A stretch of DNA of 64,000 nt from an uncultured Spartobacteria bacterium (GTDB lineage: Bacteria > Verrucomicrobiota > Verrucomicrobiia > Chthoniobacterales > UBA6821): NCBI GenBank assembly GCA_903847935.1, contig CAINEX010000051.1, positions 828 through 64,827 of the forward strand. The letters run 5' to 3'. Made by a program: the position numbers and the translations under genes. Under the pieces are notes generated by a model. It had not been told where the DNA came from. It made no database searches and saw only the letters and a program-made list of their open reading frames with translations. Below, piece after piece: positions 61,081 through 64,000 of the stretch. Each line of letters opens with the position of its first letter. Positions within the stretch are counted from its first letter, which is position 1.

Positions 61081-62850
61081 ATGTCCAAACCACCTGAAAC
61101 CGATAACCGTATGGAGAAGATCGTCAGCCTCTGCAAGCGACGTGGTATCATCTTCCAGTCTTCCGAGATCTACGGCGGGATCGGCGGCTTCTGGGACTAC
61201 GGCCCGTTGGGGGCTGAACTGAAGCGCAACCTCCGTGACACCTGGTGGCGAGCGATGACCCGGGAGCGCGACGACGTCGTGGGCCTCGACGCCACCATCA
61301 TCATGCATCCCGCTATCTGGAAGGCCAGCGGCCACGTCGACACATTCGCCGACCTGATGCGTGAATGCACCATCTCGAACAAGCGGGTGCGTGCCGACCA
61401 TGTCGAACCACAGTCGGGATCGATCATGCGCTTCAAGAGTGCGAAGGCTCCGACAGGCTGGACCCTCGACCGCGAAGTAACTATTCTGATGCGCCAGGGC
61501 GAACACATCGAGAGTTTCCGCAAACGAGTCCGACAACTTATTGCCCAGAATGCGGGCGCGGCAGCAGGTAAACCCGAAGACATCGAGTTGCAGGGTGAGG
61601 AGAAAATCGAAGTGGTCGAGCGATCCGTGGACTTCCACCCCGAGTCAGGAGGCCTGCTCAACGAGGCTCGTCCGTTCAATCTGATGCTCCGCACCTACGT
61701 CGGCCCCACCGCCACGGAAAATGACATCGCCTACCTGCGCCCCGAGACGGCGCAGGCGATCTTCGCTCAATTCAGGAATGTCTGTGACTCCTCCCGCGTG
61801 AAGGTACCTTTCGGCATAGGCCAGATTGGCAAAGCCTTCCGTAACGAGGTGACGCCCAAGAACTTTACCTTCCGCTCCCGCGAATTCGAGCAGATGGAGC
61901 TCGAGTTCTTCATCAAGCCCGACGAAGCGGTGAAGCTCATCCATGGAAAAGTCACCGCCTGGAGTGAGGGGGCCGACCTGAGCGAACCTAAGCCCGACTG
62001 GGGCTGGGAAATGTGGCATCGCTACTGGGTCGCCCAGCGTACGGCCTACTATGCCTCCATCGGCCTAGGCGCTGACGTGCTCGACTACTACTGGCAATCG
62101 AGGAACGATCTCGCCCACTATGCCCGCGCCTGCGTTGATATCCTCTTCAAGTTTCCCTTCGGCACCGACGAATTGGAAGGGATAGCTGCACGAGGTTCCT
62201 TTGACCTCACCCAGCACCAGAACCACTCCGGAAAGCAACTGGAATACTTCGACGAGGAGCTCAAAGCTGCCTGCGACGCCATGACACCGGAGCAGAAAAG
62301 CTCTTTTGTTGCGGAAACCTTCTCACATCGCACCACTCCCCACATTTCACTCGAAGAAATTACCGCAACTTGTGACAAGCTCTTCAAGGGCCTCTACATT
62401 CCCCACGTCATCGAACCCTCCGCCGGACTCGACCGTCTAGCCCTCGCGATCCTGGCGAATGCATTCGCCGAGGAAGAGGTCACCGACGAGAAGGGGAAGA
62501 GCGAGATACGCACGGTGCTTAGGTTCCACCCTCGAATCGCCCCGGTCAAGGTGGGTGTCTTCCCGTTGCTCAAGAACAAGCCGGAACTGGTGGCGAAGGC
62601 CCGTGAGGTCGTGGCGATGCTTCGCCCCCACATGGCTGTCTTCTACGACGAGACCGGCGCCATCGGACGACGCTACCGTCGTCAGGACGAGGTGGGGACA
62701 CCCTTCGGCATCACCATCGACTTCGAGACCCTCGGCGAGGGAGACGGTTCGCAAAAAGAGACCGTCACACTACGCGAACGCGATTCAATGGAGCAGAAGC
62801 GCATTCCGATCTCCAAGCTTCTGCCATTCCTACTCGAAAAGATTCTCTGA
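61081..62850 (+). CDS. glyQS: Glycine--tRNA ligase (alpha2 type)
   Basis: Contains IFQSSEIYGGIGGFWDYGPLG, RPETAQAIF, FRNEVTPKNFTFRSREFEQMELEFF, EPSAGLDRL and an anticodon-binding C-terminus. At 589 aa it carries a sizeable insertion after the first motif. Confidence 0.94.
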   Translation: MSKPPETDNRMEKIVSLCKRRGIIFQSSEIYGGIGGFWDYGPLGAELKRNLRDTWWRAMTRERDDVVGLDATIIMHPAIWKASGHVDTFADLMRECTISNKRVRADHVEPQSGSIMRFKSAKAPTGWTLDREVTILMRQGEHIESFRKRVRQLIAQNAGAAAGKPEDIELQGEEKIEVVERSVDFHPESGGLLNEARPFNLMLRTYVGPTATENDIAYLRPETAQAIFAQFRNVCDSSRVKVPFGIGQIGKAFRNEVTPKNFTFRSREFEQMELEFFIKPDEAVKLIHGKVTAWSEGADLSEPKPDWGWEMWHRYWVAQRTAYYASIGLGADVLDYYWQSRNDLAHYARACVDILFKFPFGTDELEGIAARGSFDLTQHQNHSGKQLEYFDEELKAACDAMTPEQKSSFVAETFSHRTTPHISLEEITATCDKLFKGLYIPHVIEPSAGLDRLALAILANAFAEEEVTDEKGKSEIRTVLRFHPRIAPVKVGVFPLLKNKPELVAKAREVVAMLRPHMAVFYDETGAIGRRYRRQDEVGTPFGITIDFETLGEGDGSQKETVTLRERDSMEQKRIPISKLLPFLLEKIL

Positions 62851-62862
62851 GGGGTGGAAAGA

Positions 62863-64000
62863 TCAATCTTTCCTTACTGATTCGATCTCTCCCTCAGCGA
62901 GTTGGGTATGAATCACGGCCCCCAGAGCAACTTGGGAATCCGAGGTGATCACCTTGCCGTCTGAGGTCCGGGTGATACTGAAGCCACGAGAAAGGGTTGC
63001 TTCAGGACTCAGGGCAGAGAGTGCAGCGGCAACGCGTTCCAATCGTCCCTTGTCCGATACAAGGCGGCAACCAACAATAGCCTCCATCTGAACCGCAAGA
63101 GAGAGCATTCCCTGCTTGGCCTTTGCCAGCATGTGTCCGGGGTGGAAAACTGCAAGCAACGATGAGGAAGTCGAGAGGGCTCCTTGCAGGCGTTCCATCC
63201 TGAGGCTGACCATTCCGGAAAGGTCCTCCTCTCTCCGATCCAGGGTCTGCCTTGCCTCATCAAGTCGGCGCAAAGGTTCACGGAAGAGGGTTGATCCGTA
63301 TATATACCGATGCTTGGCGTCATATCCCTCCAGAAGTGCAACCGTTTCGCGTCCTATTCTCATGACCAAGGAACTTGCCCTCTCCATGACTCCTGCACCA
63401 TCGGCCGCAAGTAACTCCCCCGCGGCACTGGGTGTGGAGGCCCGTAGGTCGGCGACAAAATCAGCGATCGTAAAATCAATCTCGTGGCCCACCGCACTGA
63501 CAACCGGCACCAAGGAGGCTGCTATCGCCCTAGCAACCTTCTCTTCATTGAACTCCCAGAGATCCTCAAGACTCCCTCCACCACGCGTCACCACAATTAC
63601 GTCAACATTCCCGATCACCTGAGAGCCTTGGGATAACTCCGTGATCGCCGCTGCGATGTCAGATGCCGCCCCCTTTCCCTGGACCCGGACAGGACTGATT
63701 ACAACCCGGAGGCCCGGGTGTCTTCTATGGAGAACCTGTAAGAAATCGCGAATGGCGGCACCGGTTGGCGATGTGACCACGCCAATTCGGCGAGGGAATC
63801 GGGGAAGAGTACGTTTGCGCTCCTGATCAAAGAGTCCCTCGGCAGTCAGGCGGCGCTTGAGTTCCTCAAACCGGAGCTGAAGCAAACCCTCCCCCTTGGG
63901 ACGAACGAGGCGCACCATGAGTTGGTACTGACCGCGCGGGTGGTACACGCCGATCTGGCCCAAGAGGCAGACCTGCAGACCATCCCTGAGTTGAAGCCCC
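62863..64000 (-). CDS. xseA: Exodeoxyribonuclease VII large subunit, 5' end beyond the window
   Basis: Contains YHPRGQYQLMV, GEGLLQLRFEELKRRLTAEGLFD, IGVVTSPTGAAIRD and TRGGGSLEDLWEFNEE. The frame stays open upstream of the first Met through to position 64000. Confidence 0.92.
   Translation of the reverse strand, partial: GLQLRDGLQVCLLGQIGVYHPRGQYQLMVRLVRPKGEGLLQLRFEELKRRLTAEGLFDQERKRTLPRFPRRIGVVTSPTGAAIRDFLQVLHRRHPGLRVVISPVRVQGKGAASDIAAAITELSQGSQVIGNVDVIVVTRGGGSLEDLWEFNEEKVARAIAASLVPVVSAVGHEIDFTIADFVADLRASTPSAAGELLAADGAGVMERASSLVMRIGRETVALLEGYDAKHRYIYGSTLFREPLRRLDEARQTLDRREEDLSGMVSLRMERLQGALSTSSSLLAVFHPGHMLAKAKQGMLSLAVQMEAIVGCRLVSDKGRLERVAAALSALSPEATLSRGFSITRTSDGKVITSDSQVALGAVIHTQLAEGEIESVRKD

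Noticed and set aside
60856-61638. 260-aa minus-strand ORF overlapping the lipoprotein gene end and the 5' part of glyQS.
   Set aside because: It is antisense to an unmistakable glycyl-tRNA synthetase frame. Its composition is Arg/Ala/Gly-rich with no motif, which is typical of a shadow ORF in GC-rich DNA.

Overview
This is a gene-dense chromosomal segment with about 55 protein genes and one tRNA. Spot counts put GC at roughly 50-65%. It reads mostly as core genome of a diderm bacterium. My guess is the PVC group, probably Verrucomicrobiota, based on gene content only and held with low confidence.

Gene order, left to right:
- folC (partial), accD, comF and a CPBP protease on the minus strand.
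- A small unknown ORF plus an EVE-domain gene.
- A minus-strand block: MsbA-like ABC exporter, then two paralogous GT-B-like proteins, then a GH29 fucosidase, then an orphan GspE/PilB ATPase.
- purB, nuoHIJKLMN (no nuoA-G) and recF.
- A tightly overlapping exbB-exbD-TPR-unknown-htrA operon followed by two unknown envelope proteins.
- An iduronidase-like GH39, an SGNH esterase and tRNA-Lys(CUU).
- A Gly/Tyr-rich lipoprotein, rnc and a membrane protein.
- A long minus-strand array: lolC/E, MFS, lysS, pdxA, surA-like, mfd, class-IV aminotransferase, sigma-54 activator, uppS, purA, mutS, thiG, STAS.
- A Cache-HAMP-PP2C-kinase fusion, budA, glmS, glgC, a lipoprotein, glyQS and xseA (partial).

I saw no rRNA, CRISPR array, transposase, integrase or recognisable known defence system. 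I did not find an unambiguous novel system. The best candidates for follow-up are:
1. The divergent STAS plus fused sensor-phosphatase-kinase partner-switching pair.
2. The ExbBD-TPR-unknown-HtrA five-gene operon, which has no TonB or TolA.
3. The ABC exporter plus two paralogous GT-B-like genes, including a striking inverted triple 8-mer repeat that would bury the second paralog's start codon.
4. An orphan sigma-54 activator with Glu at the phospho-acceptor position.

All function calls rest on motif recognition by eye. No database search was run.
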